Below, piece after piece: positions 14,823 to 23,650 of a stretch of 32,000 bases of DNA (position 1 is its first letter; each line of letters opens with the position of its first letter). The translations under genes and the position numbers were made by a program. The notes beneath the pieces were generated by a model. The model had not been told where the DNA came from. It made no database searches and saw only the letters and a list, made by a program, of their open reading frames with translations. The stretch comes from Pyrodictium abyssi (GTDB taxonomy: Archaea; Thermoproteota; Thermoprotei_A; Sulfolobales; Pyrodictiaceae). The DNA lies in NCBI RefSeq assembly GCF_036323395.1, contig NZ_AP028907.1:1860001-1892000 (forward strand). The letters run 5' to 3'.

Positions 14823-16358
14823 CTAGCCTAGGCTTCCTCTCATAACGCCGGCACGGGCTATGGCTTGTTCTGCTGCCTCCTTTATGCCGAGCTTTATCGC
14901 TCGCTCCGCGCTCTTCAAGGTCTCAACGTATTCTTCAGTTGGCTCTGCTGTATTGCCGCCTAGGAAGCTCCTAACTATTGATATATCTTCCTTCAAAAGC
15001 TGCATGGCTTTCTCATCCTTGATATAGCTCATCGCCACCTCTGGTACATAGAACCTTATGTCGTACTCCATATCATGTCTTAGTAGCGGCAGGGCCTTGA
15101 GCAGGAACTCTAGCGCCTCGCCACCGAGCTCTTTCTCCACTCGCTGGAGCCCCCTACCTAGCCCTATAAGCGATGGCGGCACACCCATGGTGTAGAGGCT
15201 GGCAGCATATGATATCGCGCGCGGCAGCTTGAGGTTCTTCGGGGGCTTCATGGCCAGTAGTTCCTTCTCTGCTGCAAACGCTAGGCTCATCTCTATACTC
15301 CTAGGATATTCTCCATGCGACAGTCTAGCCCTCCTACGGGGCACAAACACTGCTATGTGGGGTATCAGCTCTACTACGCGGAGTATGAACCGGAGATACT
15401 CTGATGTGAACAGCCTGGCTATGTTTATCAACAGTTTCTCCTCCTCGGGGCTGAGGATCCGTGGCTTCTCGTGAAGGTTCTCCAGGAGAGTGTTGACCAC
15501 CTTTTCTACGGCGCGAGGACCCTGGTCGTAGCGGATACCAGACTGTATAGTCACGGTAGAGTAGCCGGAGTACTGCTTGACGAACACCTCGACACTCCAT
15601 GGCGAGAGGTGGCCACGGAAGGGAAGGGCCCCCACGCCTATTATTGGGTGTACTCTCGTGTTCTCTTCCTCGGCCCACTTGTAGAGCCGCGACAGAGCGT
15701 AAACTAGAGCGATGCTCGAAGCCGCATGCCCATATGCTAGCGCGGTGTCTGATTTCCCCAGGAGTACACGATAGTGGCTGTAGTGTAGCCCCAGGTGTGT
15801 GAGGAGCGCGTTCTTCATGCCTTCGAGTATCTTATCGACGTGCAATAGTGCCTCCATATCCTCGACCAGCGGTATCACCTCTATATAGCCCGTCTTTACA
15901 CCTAGCTCTTCCTCCGCCAGGCGCTGCATCTTGAGAATCCTGCGCTGGAGTACATAGACCTCGTAGCCGCTAGAGCACATTGGGGTTATAATGTACCTGA
16001 CTGCCTGCGAGCCCGCCTTAACTATGGACTTCTTGTTGGCTACTAGGACGCCCCAGAGGACCATTATTTGACGCTCCGGGTCTTCGAGGCGCTCGGATGG
16101 TATACGGGGTGTCAACAGGAAGTCCTCGCCTGGCTGTAGCCCGTGGCGGAGAGTCTCCTCTACAACCCAGGAGACCTGGTGGTACGGGGTAAGCTTGCCC
16201 TCGTAGTCTATCATCTTCTCGTCTAGACCCAGCCCGCCCCGGCTACGTGGGAGCAGGTCGCGTAGAGCTTCCTCTACCTCCTCTTCTACCGTGAACCCCC
16301 GGCTTGCCGAGTCAGGGTGCTGTGTAGCCATTGCCAGAGGTACTGGGTACCCTAGCAC
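14823..16358 (-). CDS. ppcA: archaeal-type phosphoenolpyruvate carboxylase
   Basis: 511-aa ORF. The N-terminal PLAMATQHPD motif and the roughly 510-aa length are characteristic of archaeal-type PEPC (PpcA). The start is GTG 16358; ATG 16331 is the alternative. Confidence 0.85.
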   Translation of the reverse strand: MLGYPVPLAMATQHPDSASRGFTVEEEVEEALRDLLPRSRGGLGLDEKMIDYEGKLTPYHQVSWVVEETLRHGLQPGEDFLLTPRIPSERLEDPERQIMVLWGVLVANKKSIVKAGSQAVRYIITPMCSSGYEVYVLQRRILKMQRLAEEELGVKTGYIEVIPLVEDMEALLHVDKILEGMKNALLTHLGLHYSHYRVLLGKSDTALAYGHAASSIALVYALSRLYKWAEEENTRVHPIIGVGALPFRGHLSPWSVEVFVKQYSGYSTVTIQSGIRYDQGPRAVEKVVNTLLENLHEKPRILSPEEEKLLINIARLFTSEYLRFILRVVELIPHIAVFVPRRRARLSHGEYPRSIEMSLAFAAEKELLAMKPPKNLKLPRAISYAASLYTMGVPPSLIGLGRGLQRVEKELGGEALEFLLKALPLLRHDMEYDIRFYVPEVAMSYIKDEKAMQLLKEDISIVRSFLGGNTAEPTEEYVETLKSAERAIKLGIKEAAEQAIARAGVMRGSLG

Positions 16359-16374
16359 CGTCGTCTACCCCTAG

Positions 16375-16391
16375 CCGCCGCATAGCGGCGG
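16375..16391. promoter_or_regulatory. perfect palindrome CCGCCGC-ATA-GCGGCGG between a TATA-like box and the ppcA start
   Basis: 7-bp arms with a 3-nt spacer, read directly. It lies 17 nt upstream of GTG 16358 and downstream of the minus-strand CTTAAATG box (about 16400-16408). That is roughly at the expected TSS, a typical position for an archaeal repressor operator. Confidence 0.35.
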
Positions 16392-16484
16392 AGAACTCAC
16401 ATTTAAGCTGCTCTCTCAGCGGCTAGAGGCCCGAGGCATAGAGCCGGGCTACTCCGGCCTAAACTGGCTCGGGGGTCGCGCGCT

Positions 16485-17432
16485 TTGGCCGGAGGCGTGA
16501 AGGTTAGGGCTTACTCGAGTAGCGCGAATCTAGGCCCGGGCTTCGACGCGCTGGCCGTAGCGCACACAGCGTTCTACGACGAGGTGGAAGCTCGCCTGGA
16601 GCCAGGCAACGGACAAGTGCTCGTTGAGTCTGTGTACGGCCCGTACGCCCACGAGGCCGGGAGAGCCGAGACCGCTAAGAAGGCTGTCGAGGAGCTATTG
16701 AGGCTCACAAACATAGACATAGGGGATCGTAACATAGTACTCCGTATATACAAGGGTGTACCTCCTGGAAAGGGCCTAGGGAGCAGTGGAGCCTCTGCCG
16801 CCGCCGCTGTAAAGGCCGCCGAGCTGCTACTCGACCTAGATGTGCCAGATAACGTTCTTGTCGAGGCTGCCGGTAGAGGCGAGGCTGCGGCTGCTGGCAC
16901 ACCACACTACGACAACGTCGCTGCCAGCCTACTCGGCGGCCTCGCCATAGTAGCCTTTGACAAGAATGGTAAGCTCTACGTCACTCACATGGAGATTGAT
17001 GCGTGGTTTACACTCTTCATACCTAGAGCTGAGATAGCGTCTGCCAAGACTAAGCTTATGAGAGAGATTCTACCCAAAGAAGTGGGTCTTGACCAAGCAG
17101 CAAGAAACTGGAGCAGACTAGCACTCCTTGTAGCAGCAGCTGCAAGGAACGATCTCCAGACACTCGGGCATATGATGATGCAGGACGAGATAGTCGAACC
17201 CGCCAGGTCGAGATTCATACCCTGCTACGACTCGGTCATAGAGGCCGCCATCGAGGCTGGAGCGTTAGGGGTGTCAATCAGCGGAGCCGGTCCATCACTT
17301 ATAGCGCTGTCGCGCTCACGCGAAGACGCAATAAGAGTTGCCAACGCGGTTGCAAAGAGCTGTAGGTGCTGCGAAGTAGAGGACATAAAGGTTGCACAAA
17401 CCGCTGGGCCCGCGACGAGAGTCAAGTGGTGA
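16485..17432 (+). CDS. thrB: homoserine kinase (GHMP family)
   Basis: 315-aa ORF with ANLGPGFD (motif I), PPGKGLGSSGASAAAAV (motif II) and SISGAGPS (motif III). The start is TTG 16485 or GTG 16497. Confidence 0.88.
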   Translation: MAGGVKVRAYSSSANLGPGFDALAVAHTAFYDEVEARLEPGNGQVLVESVYGPYAHEAGRAETAKKAVEELLRLTNIDIGDRNIVLRIYKGVPPGKGLGSSGASAAAAVKAAELLLDLDVPDNVLVEAAGRGEAAAAGTPHYDNVAASLLGGLAIVAFDKNGKLYVTHMEIDAWFTLFIPRAEIASAKTKLMREILPKEVGLDQAARNWSRLALLVAAAARNDLQTLGHMMMQDEIVEPARSRFIPCYDSVIEAAIEAGALGVSISGAGPSLIALSRSREDAIRVANAVAKSCRCCEVEDIKVAQTAGPATRVKW

Positions 17433-18598
17433 TTGCTGTGGGGCGCTATAACGCCACCAGGGCCATACACGCACTAAGGGAGGGACCGTCAGCCGACGAT
17501 ATAATACCACCTATAAACATATCAGTTATATATAAGTTCATTGAGGTCACAACACCACCTATCGAAGAAATAAAGTACGGCCGTGAGAATAACCCGACAG
17601 TGATGCGGCTCGAAGAAGCACTATCCGCTGCCGAGTCCGCCAACTGGTGCCTCGCCTTTAACACAGGGATGTCCGCCATCTCGACTCTACTACTACATAT
17701 GCTTCCCCGGGCAAAGAGAATAGTGGCAAGCAGGCTCCTGTACGGTTCCACGCGCACACTTCTCGAGAAAATGACCGGGCTTAACGACAAAGTAGAACTC
17801 GTGTACGCTGGGCCCCCATGGGATGAGCTACTCTCAACCATACGTGCGGGAGATATGGTCTTCATAGAGACTGTCGGGAACCCTACTCTCCGCATACCTC
17901 CCATAGACGAGATGGTCGAACTGTGTAGACAAGTGGACTGCACTGTTATCGTTGACAATACTTTCGCGACACCTGTGCTATACCGCCCCCTAGAGGCGGG
18001 TGCCGACATAGTAGTTGAGAGCATGACCAAGTACATAGCCGGGCACAATGATGTCCTCGGTGGCCTACTCTGCAGCAACATAGACACTCTAAAGGAGAGT
18101 ATATGGGACTGGAGAAAGCTCACGGGAACGATAATTCAGCCCCTCGACGCATACCTGGTAGCCAGGGGGCTTAAGACGCTCCACATCCGCGTAAAACGCT
18201 CCTCCGAGACAGCTATGGAGATAGCCAAGTGGCTCGCCGAGCGCCCAGAAGTAGTTAAAGTCCACTACCCTGGCCTCCCCAACCACCCCGACCATAATAC
18301 TGCAACAAGAATGTTTAACGGGCTCTATGGCGGCGTAGTCTCGTTCGAGATCAAGGGTGGCGCGAGCGCCGCAAAGAAGTTCCTCAACGCGTTAAAGATT
18401 ATAGTACCCTCCCCGAGCCTAGGCGGTACAGAGAGCATAGCAACATATCCCTACGAGAGCAGCCATAGGAATCTCAGCGAGGAAGAGAAGTATAGGCTTG
18501 AAATAACGCCTGGCCTGATAAGGCTGAGCATAGGCCTCGAAGACGTAGAGGACCTCATAGCTGATATAGAAAACGCGTTGAAGGCGTCACAAGCCTAG
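17426..18598 (+). CDS. Cys/Met-metabolism PLP-dependent enzyme (cystathionine gamma-synthase / O-acylhomoserine sulfhydrylase family)
   Basis: TRAIHA near the N-terminus, the PLP-lysine motif ESMTKYIAGHNDV, and a C-terminal IRLSIGLEDVEDLIADI place it in this family. The track start 17366 overlaps thrB by 67 nt. An in-frame GTG at 17426 or 17429 overlaps the thrB stop (GTGGTGA) and is more plausible. Confidence 0.85.
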   Translation: MVIAVGRYNATRAIHALREGPSADDIIPPINISVIYKFIEVTTPPIEEIKYGRENNPTVMRLEEALSAAESANWCLAFNTGMSAISTLLLHMLPRAKRIVASRLLYGSTRTLLEKMTGLNDKVELVYAGPPWDELLSTIRAGDMVFIETVGNPTLRIPPIDEMVELCRQVDCTVIVDNTFATPVLYRPLEAGADIVVESMTKYIAGHNDVLGGLLCSNIDTLKESIWDWRKLTGTIIQPLDAYLVARGLKTLHIRVKRSSETAMEIAKWLAERPEVVKVHYPGLPNHPDHNTATRMFNGLYGGVVSFEIKGGASAAKKFLNALKIIVPSPSLGGTESIATYPYESSHRNLSEEEKYRLEITPGLIRLSIGLEDVEDLIADIENALKASQA

Positions 18599-18629
18599 AA
18601 CAACTCTTACTATTCCTTTAACGACCCCG

Positions 18630-19205
18630 CTAAATGAACTCCTTGAGTATTTTTGCCACCTCCTTCGCCAGCTGGTCCTCCTCCACGCCTCTGAGACCTT
18701 CGAGTTTTTCGGCTAGCTCTTTATTCCCTAGTACAGTTCTCACCCATGCCACTAGGTACCCGTTTCTCACAACGTAGGACAGTTCCTCTGGCCTGACTAT
18801 CCCGTATACCACGGCGGCTGCCAGCTGCTCTAAGCTGGATACGCGGAGTGGTACTAGGCCGCCTTTATTGATGAAGTAGAACGGTTCAATGGTCTCAGTT
18901 GCAGCGGCCCCAATGGCTTGGGCTGCTTCGGCCTCTGTTTTCTCGTGTACTTCTCTGGCTTCCTCTTCCTGGGATTCTTTGGGCTTCGAGAAGAGTGCTA
19001 GACCCTGCTCTGTTATCTTTACCGTGTTTCCGATTCTTGTAGCTAGCCCTAGCTTCTCGAGCTCCGAGGCATATTTCCTAACCGTAGCAGTCTTTATGCC
19101 TAGTAATTTTGCTAGCTCGCTTACTTCGCATTCTTTCTTATCAGCGAGGATTTCAAGCATTCTTCTCTTAGTGGCTGTGAGGTCTTCTAGTAGCATAGGA
19201 CACAC
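18630..19205 (-). CDS. winged-helix transcriptional regulator with C-terminal domain of unknown function
   Basis: 191-aa ORF. The N-terminal RRMLEILADKKECEVSELAKLLGIKTATVRKYASELEKLGL has a wHTH pattern. An acidic linker follows, then an approximately 90-aa C-terminal domain (EPFYFINKGG...YLVAWVRTVLGNKELAEKL) that I cannot assign. Confidence 0.6.
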   Translation of the reverse strand: MCPMLLEDLTATKRRMLEILADKKECEVSELAKLLGIKTATVRKYASELEKLGLATRIGNTVKITEQGLALFSKPKESQEEEAREVHEKTEAEAAQAIGAAATETIEPFYFINKGGLVPLRVSSLEQLAAAVVYGIVRPEELSYVVRNGYLVAWVRTVLGNKELAEKLEGLRGVEEDQLAKEVAKILKEFI

Positions 19206-19242
19206 CCCGCGGGGCTCTGTAACTCTACTCCAATAATCAACT

Positions 19243-19252
19243 CCTTATAAGG
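19243..19252. promoter_or_regulatory. palindromic TATA-like element CCTTATAAGG in divergent intergenic region
   Basis: It lies 38-47 nt upstream of the wHTH gene start and 127 nt upstream of the protease gene. The symmetric sequence could seed TBP binding in either orientation. Confidence 0.35.
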
Positions 19253-19378
19253 TAATACCGTCGTGAGGCCTCCCGAACCAAACTAGCCTAGCCGGTCTAG
19301 CTGGCATACCAGGCGACAAGTACATGCAGCGATAGGCGTATCAACAGCTGACCTATACGACCCATCAAGGAGATTGCT

Positions 19379-21445
19379 ATGAGGGCGCGCGGCCTCGCTG
19401 CAATTTTTCTAACATCTATACTCATCCTAATTACCCTAGCATCGTCGCTGGGCTATGCAAGCGCCCCCATATATAAGTGGATGAACACTGTAGAAGTTAT
19501 GGTACCCGGCGTTGTAGCTACGCCACACGGCTATACGGGAGCAATGTCTAAGCTTGTAGTCACTGTGGCATGGCCTGGGAAGGGTATAGTATACTTTTCC
19601 GCCGATCCCCTAACGGAGCTAGATACACAGGCAGCTGCCAGGATGGCGGCACTCGTGGCGTCTATACTAGCAGGCGTCAACTACTATTCATACGACTACT
19701 TTATCCGTCTTGAGTCAAATACAGCGCTGATAGGCGGGCCTAGCGCGAGCGGCGCAATGACTATAGCCATTCTAGCGGCCCTACGTAGTACGAAGATCTC
19801 CACAGACTTCTCTATGACCGGCATGGTCGATCCGGATACCACTTTAGGACCTGTGGGCGGTATTCCGCAGAAGCTTGAAGCAGCCGCCAGGGCTGGCGCG
19901 AAGATATTCGTCATACCCATAGGCGAGCGTTATAGTGTGGACCTCAATACGGGCGAGAAGGTTGACGTGGCTGCTCTCGGCAAAGAGCTTGGAGTAAAGG
20001 TGGTGGAAGCGGGTACTATAGCTGAGGCGTACGAGATAGCAACGGGCGACAGGCTCTTTGCCGAGAATGACTTGCCAATAGTTAGTTACCCTTCGTGGCT
20101 CGCATCTGCGCTAAACGAGAGCATGAACGTATACCGGGAAGCAGCGCTCTCGAACATGACGTGCGCCGAGAAAGCTCTAGCTAAACTGCCTAGCTCCTTA
20201 GCTTCACAGCTATCAAGTATACTTGAGGATGCTAAACACAACATAGAGGTAGCAGAGAATCTCAAAGAGGCTGGAAAGCTCTACGCTGCTGCATCTAGGT
20301 ACTTCGCCGCCGCCATAGAAGCGACCTACGTATGCAGCGCCGCTAACGCTTACACCAAGGACGACCCGCTTACCGCGCTTGCTAGCACCGCGAAAAACTA
20401 TGCAGATGAAGCGGCAACGCTACTTGAACACGTAAATGGGACTCTGAACAAGGTTCTTGCCGGCAAGACTAATATAACCGATATAGGGCTACAACTATAC
20501 ATAGCCTCCATGACTAGACTTGTTGACGCGAGCAGCAACCTTGACACAGTCTACACTATGCTAGAAATAGCTAAGAAGGCTGCAAGCTACCAGGCATTAC
20601 AAGCGCTCGACAAGGCTCTGCAAGCAGCAGTCTATGCGTACTATAGAGCAATGACGGCCAACCAGTGGCTGGGGCTCGCGCTACAAGCCAGCGGGGGTAC
20701 ACCAATAGACTTTGACCTCTTGTTTAGAGGCGTGGAGATCTATGTGTACTTTGCCGAGTCCGCTATGAGCTATCTCCAGGCCCTTGGAGTAGACGTGTCA
20801 GACGTTGGAGAGAAGATAGCTGCTGCAAAGGCCATGATACAGCAGAGCGCTGACAGCGCAGACAAGGTAGCACTACTACGTGCTCTAGCGTATAGTGTTG
20901 AGGGGCTAGCCGAGATAAATAGTAAGCTCCATGTAGCATTCAACACTGGTGTGACCGTTCTCGACGCTTCACAGAAGAGCCTCCGGGTACTCCTGCAGAG
21001 GCTATCAAGCCTCAATATAACACCCGTGCTACCGCTACTCTATTCAGAGTATGCTGACACCCGAGTAGACATTAATGCCAAGCTGAGCCTCTATGTTCAA
21101 GCATCAAGCTACGCGCTACTGCTCGCACTCATTGGGAATAGGCAGCCCAGCGCGCCATCAACGACTACCGAGAACATCGGGACGACAGCTGCAAACGAAA
21201 CTACAACATCAACAACGGCTGCCACACATGCCAGAGAAGCCGTGACGGTAACGACCACAGTAACAACAATACACACGCTCACAACCACTATAACTAAGAC
21301 TAAGGAGGTTGGGGAAACCACCGTCCGGGCCTCGGAGAAGAATACAACGCCACTACTGGGCTACCTAGTGGTAGCCGGTACCGCCCTTGCCATAGGCATT
21401 ATGCTAGAGCGTCTACGCAGAAGCCCCCGCGAGGAGCTCTACTAG
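19379..21445 (+). CDS. secreted, C-terminally membrane-anchored Lon-type (S16) serine protease domain protein
   Basis: 688-aa ORF. It has an N-terminal signal/TM segment (LAAIFLTSILILITLASSLGYA). A Lon proteolytic-domain Ser-Lys dyad is suggested by LIGGPSASGAMTIAILAAL (Ser about nt 19742) and PVGGIPQKLEAAARAG. An approximately 370-aa helical region with many N-x-S/T sequons follows, then a Thr-rich stalk (about 21130-21330) and a C-terminal TM helix plus basic tail. GGAG lies 7 nt upstream of the ATG. Confidence 0.75.
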   Translation: MRARGLAAIFLTSILILITLASSLGYASAPIYKWMNTVEVMVPGVVATPHGYTGAMSKLVVTVAWPGKGIVYFSADPLTELDTQAAARMAALVASILAGVNYYSYDYFIRLESNTALIGGPSASGAMTIAILAALRSTKISTDFSMTGMVDPDTTLGPVGGIPQKLEAAARAGAKIFVIPIGERYSVDLNTGEKVDVAALGKELGVKVVEAGTIAEAYEIATGDRLFAENDLPIVSYPSWLASALNESMNVYREAALSNMTCAEKALAKLPSSLASQLSSILEDAKHNIEVAENLKEAGKLYAAASRYFAAAIEATYVCSAANAYTKDDPLTALASTAKNYADEAATLLEHVNGTLNKVLAGKTNITDIGLQLYIASMTRLVDASSNLDTVYTMLEIAKKAASYQALQALDKALQAAVYAYYRAMTANQWLGLALQASGGTPIDFDLLFRGVEIYVYFAESAMSYLQALGVDVSDVGEKIAAAKAMIQQSADSADKVALLRALAYSVEGLAEINSKLHVAFNTGVTVLDASQKSLRVLLQRLSSLNITPVLPLLYSEYADTRVDINAKLSLYVQASSYALLLALIGNRQPSAPSTTTENIGTTAANETTTSTTAATHAREAVTVTTTVTTIHTLTTTITKTKEVGETTVRASEKNTTPLLGYLVVAGTALAIGIMLERLRRSPREELY

Positions 21446-21465
21446 CCTACGAATCCGGAGCTCTT

Positions 21466-22335
21466 TTACACCCACGGCACTTGATCCGGGTTTTTAATGT
21501 CCAGTACCACGTCTACGCGTAAGCCGAGCCTGTCGAGAGCGCGGCTAACACGGTTTCTGAGCCTAGCAGTGTCTAGTCGTGGGGCTCTCCTTATCGCTGC
21601 TGGATGTGACCTCCTCGGAACCCATATGGTTATCTCTAGCTCTATGCTGCTACTATCTCCTTTAGAGGAGATGCCGGCGACTGTATAGCCAGCAGCATCT
21701 GCAAGGACGCGCGCAGCCTCACGAATGGGCGTATCTTGCTCTAGACTTTCCGTAGCCAACTCTTCGGGCGTAGCTGGCAAGTATTGGGATAGCTCGAGTG
21801 ATAGGAGCAATACATACTCTGGAACCGGGTCGTCTAGGTCATACCGGCTAGCTAGCGAATCCACTACGCCGGCTCTAACGGCCAGAGAGTACGCCTGGAG
21901 CACCGTACGCTGTGGCAGTGTCTCTACCCCGCATCCTGTCGCCGTTACCACCTCCGACTCGGCTACCAAGGCAGGCTTCATCTTCTTCTTTATCAGCCAG
22001 GCTGCTGCAACCGTTGAACTTCTTCCACAGCCACGGAAGCAATGAACTAGAGCAGGCTCATCAATCTTACCGATTATGTAGGCTAGCTCGGCTAGAGTGG
22101 GTGCGTTATACTCGCCTATAGGGCGCCATACTAAGCGCTTACCAATACCCTCTACCAAGCGTGGATCGTAGCCGCCGCTATAGACGTGTTCTATCGGGGT
22201 TGCTAGCGATATTATTGTATCGAATTCTGACAGCATGCTTTCTACGTCTTCTGATTTAGGCATAGGTGACACGGCCAAAGCGCCTTTCTCTACCCAGCGT
22301 GCTCGTAGCCCCGGTGCATTTAGATGAGCCTCCAT
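21466..22335 (-). CDS. Cys-based protein phosphatase (PTP/DSP fold) with extra C-terminal domain
   Basis: 289-aa ORF with the active-site P-loop VHCFRGCGRSST (HCx5R[S/T]). About 130 C-terminal residues have no recognisable motif. The start lies 6 nt after the nikR-like stop. Confidence 0.7.
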   Translation of the reverse strand: MEAHLNAPGLRARWVEKGALAVSPMPKSEDVESMLSEFDTIISLATPIEHVYSGGYDPRLVEGIGKRLVWRPIGEYNAPTLAELAYIIGKIDEPALVHCFRGCGRSSTVAAAWLIKKKMKPALVAESEVVTATGCGVETLPQRTVLQAYSLAVRAGVVDSLASRYDLDDPVPEYVLLLSLELSQYLPATPEELATESLEQDTPIREAARVLADAAGYTVAGISSKGDSSSIELEITIWVPRRSHPAAIRRAPRLDTARLRNRVSRALDRLGLRVDVVLDIKNPDQVPWV

Positions 22336-22341
22336 CGGCGT

Positions 22342-22770
22342 TCACCCGGTCTTCGTGCCTGCCTCCATGCTGCTATGGACTGTCGAAAATGGTATGTACC
22401 TTACATTACAGCCTTTAACTGAGGATAGCCTCGTGTGCATCTCAGCTATCCTTCCGGAGGGGCCTTGCACGACCACGATCTCTGTGCATACTTCGTTGAC
22501 GTGGACGTGGGTCGTACTCACTACTATGTCCTTATACTTGTCGAGCAGCGATGCCACTTCGCCTCTGTCGAAGCTGCCTAGTATTATCATTACACCGCTA
22601 CACTCGTGGTCGTGGAGATAGTGGCGGTATTCGTTTAGAAACGAAGCTACTGCATGCTCTACGAGCCTCGATCTATCGGTTCTCAGCCTGGCTGCTAGGG
22701 CGTCGAGTTCCCCGGCTATAGTACTGGGTAGTGATACACCGAAGCGTCTTCTCCGGGTCAATGCTAGCAC
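22342..22770 (-). CDS. nikR: NikR-family metal-responsive repressor (ribbon-helix-helix plus ACT-like metal-binding domain)
   Basis: 142-aa ORF with a GTG start 1 nt after the permease stop. It has an N-terminal RHH (RRFGVSLPSTIAGELDALA), then His/Cys ligand candidates (HDHEC ... THVHVNEVC) spaced like the NikR high-affinity site. Confidence 0.7.
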   Translation of the reverse strand: MLALTRRRRFGVSLPSTIAGELDALAARLRTDRSRLVEHAVASFLNEYRHYLHDHECSGVMIILGSFDRGEVASLLDKYKDIVVSTTHVHVNEVCTEIVVVQGPSGRIAEMHTRLSSVKGCNVRYIPFSTVHSSMEAGTKTG

Positions 22771-22771
22771 C

Positions 22772-23638
22772 CTACCGCGATCTAGTTACAAGGAACAGAT
22801 ACGTAGAGAGCATGACCAGGCCAGTTGCCCCTGAAGGCGATATGCCGAGCACGAGGCTGAGGATGAGGCCCAGCCCTGCAGCAGCGAGAGCAGAGGATAC
22901 CGATAATAGCACGGCTTCACTAGCACTGCGCGCATACATTGCTGCCGCTGCACCAGGCAGCAGTATGAGTACGTGTTCCAGGACAAAGCCTACTATCTGC
23001 ACCATTGTGCCCACTACTACACCGACTAGCGTGAAGAAGGCTAGATCATATAGCCATACCGACATCCCTGTTATCTTGGCTAGATCTCTCTCGACGCCTA
23101 TGTATACTTGTTCTCGGTAGCTTAGCGCAACTACTAGGCATACAGCGAGAGCTGTAGCTACAGCTATCCATGCTTCCAGAGGGCCTACAAGCAACGGGTC
23201 ACCAAATACGATCGAGGCTATGTCTGCCCCGCCGGCCGCGCTTTTGACGTAGTAGGCTAGAATGACACTAGTAGAGGCGGAGAATGAGACTAGGACAGAA
23301 GTAGCTATATCGGGCTCAACATCACTAAATATCATGTAGCCCGCTATATATACTAGCAACACTGTTAAGAGTACCGTCAACACGTATGCCGGTGCATCCA
23401 TGCCGCCGGTGACTAGCACCGCTAAGAGCGCTGCGAGAAGAGCCGAATGTGGAGTAGCCCCTGCAAGGAAGAAGAGCCTCCGTGCTGCAACAAGAGCACT
23501 CATTAGGCCAAAGGCTAGCCCAGCAGCAAGCACCGCAAGCGCTGGATAGATAGATATCCTTGTAGAATAACTAATTAGCGATATTGCTGCCAGACTAGCT
23601 GCGCCGAGCAGACTAGTTGCACCCACATTCTTCGCCAT
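22772..23638 (-). CDS. ABC-3 family metal transporter permease (ZnuB/MntB/TroC-like)
   Basis: 288-aa polytopic membrane protein, Ala/Leu/Val-rich, with about 8 hydrophobic segments. It lies between the cluster-A-I binding protein and NikR. Confidence 0.75.
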   Translation of the reverse strand: MAKNVGATSLLGAASLAAISLISYSTRISIYPALAVLAAGLAFGLMSALVAARRLFFLAGATPHSALLAALLAVLVTGGMDAPAYVLTVLLTVLLVYIAGYMIFSDVEPDIATSVLVSFSASTSVILAYYVKSAAGGADIASIVFGDPLLVGPLEAWIAVATALAVCLVVALSYREQVYIGVERDLAKITGMSVWLYDLAFFTLVGVVVGTMVQIVGFVLEHVLILLPGAAAAMYARSASEAVLLSVSSALAAAGLGLILSLVLGISPSGATGLVMLSTYLFLVTRSR

Positions 23639-23650
23639 AGCAGTTCCCCA

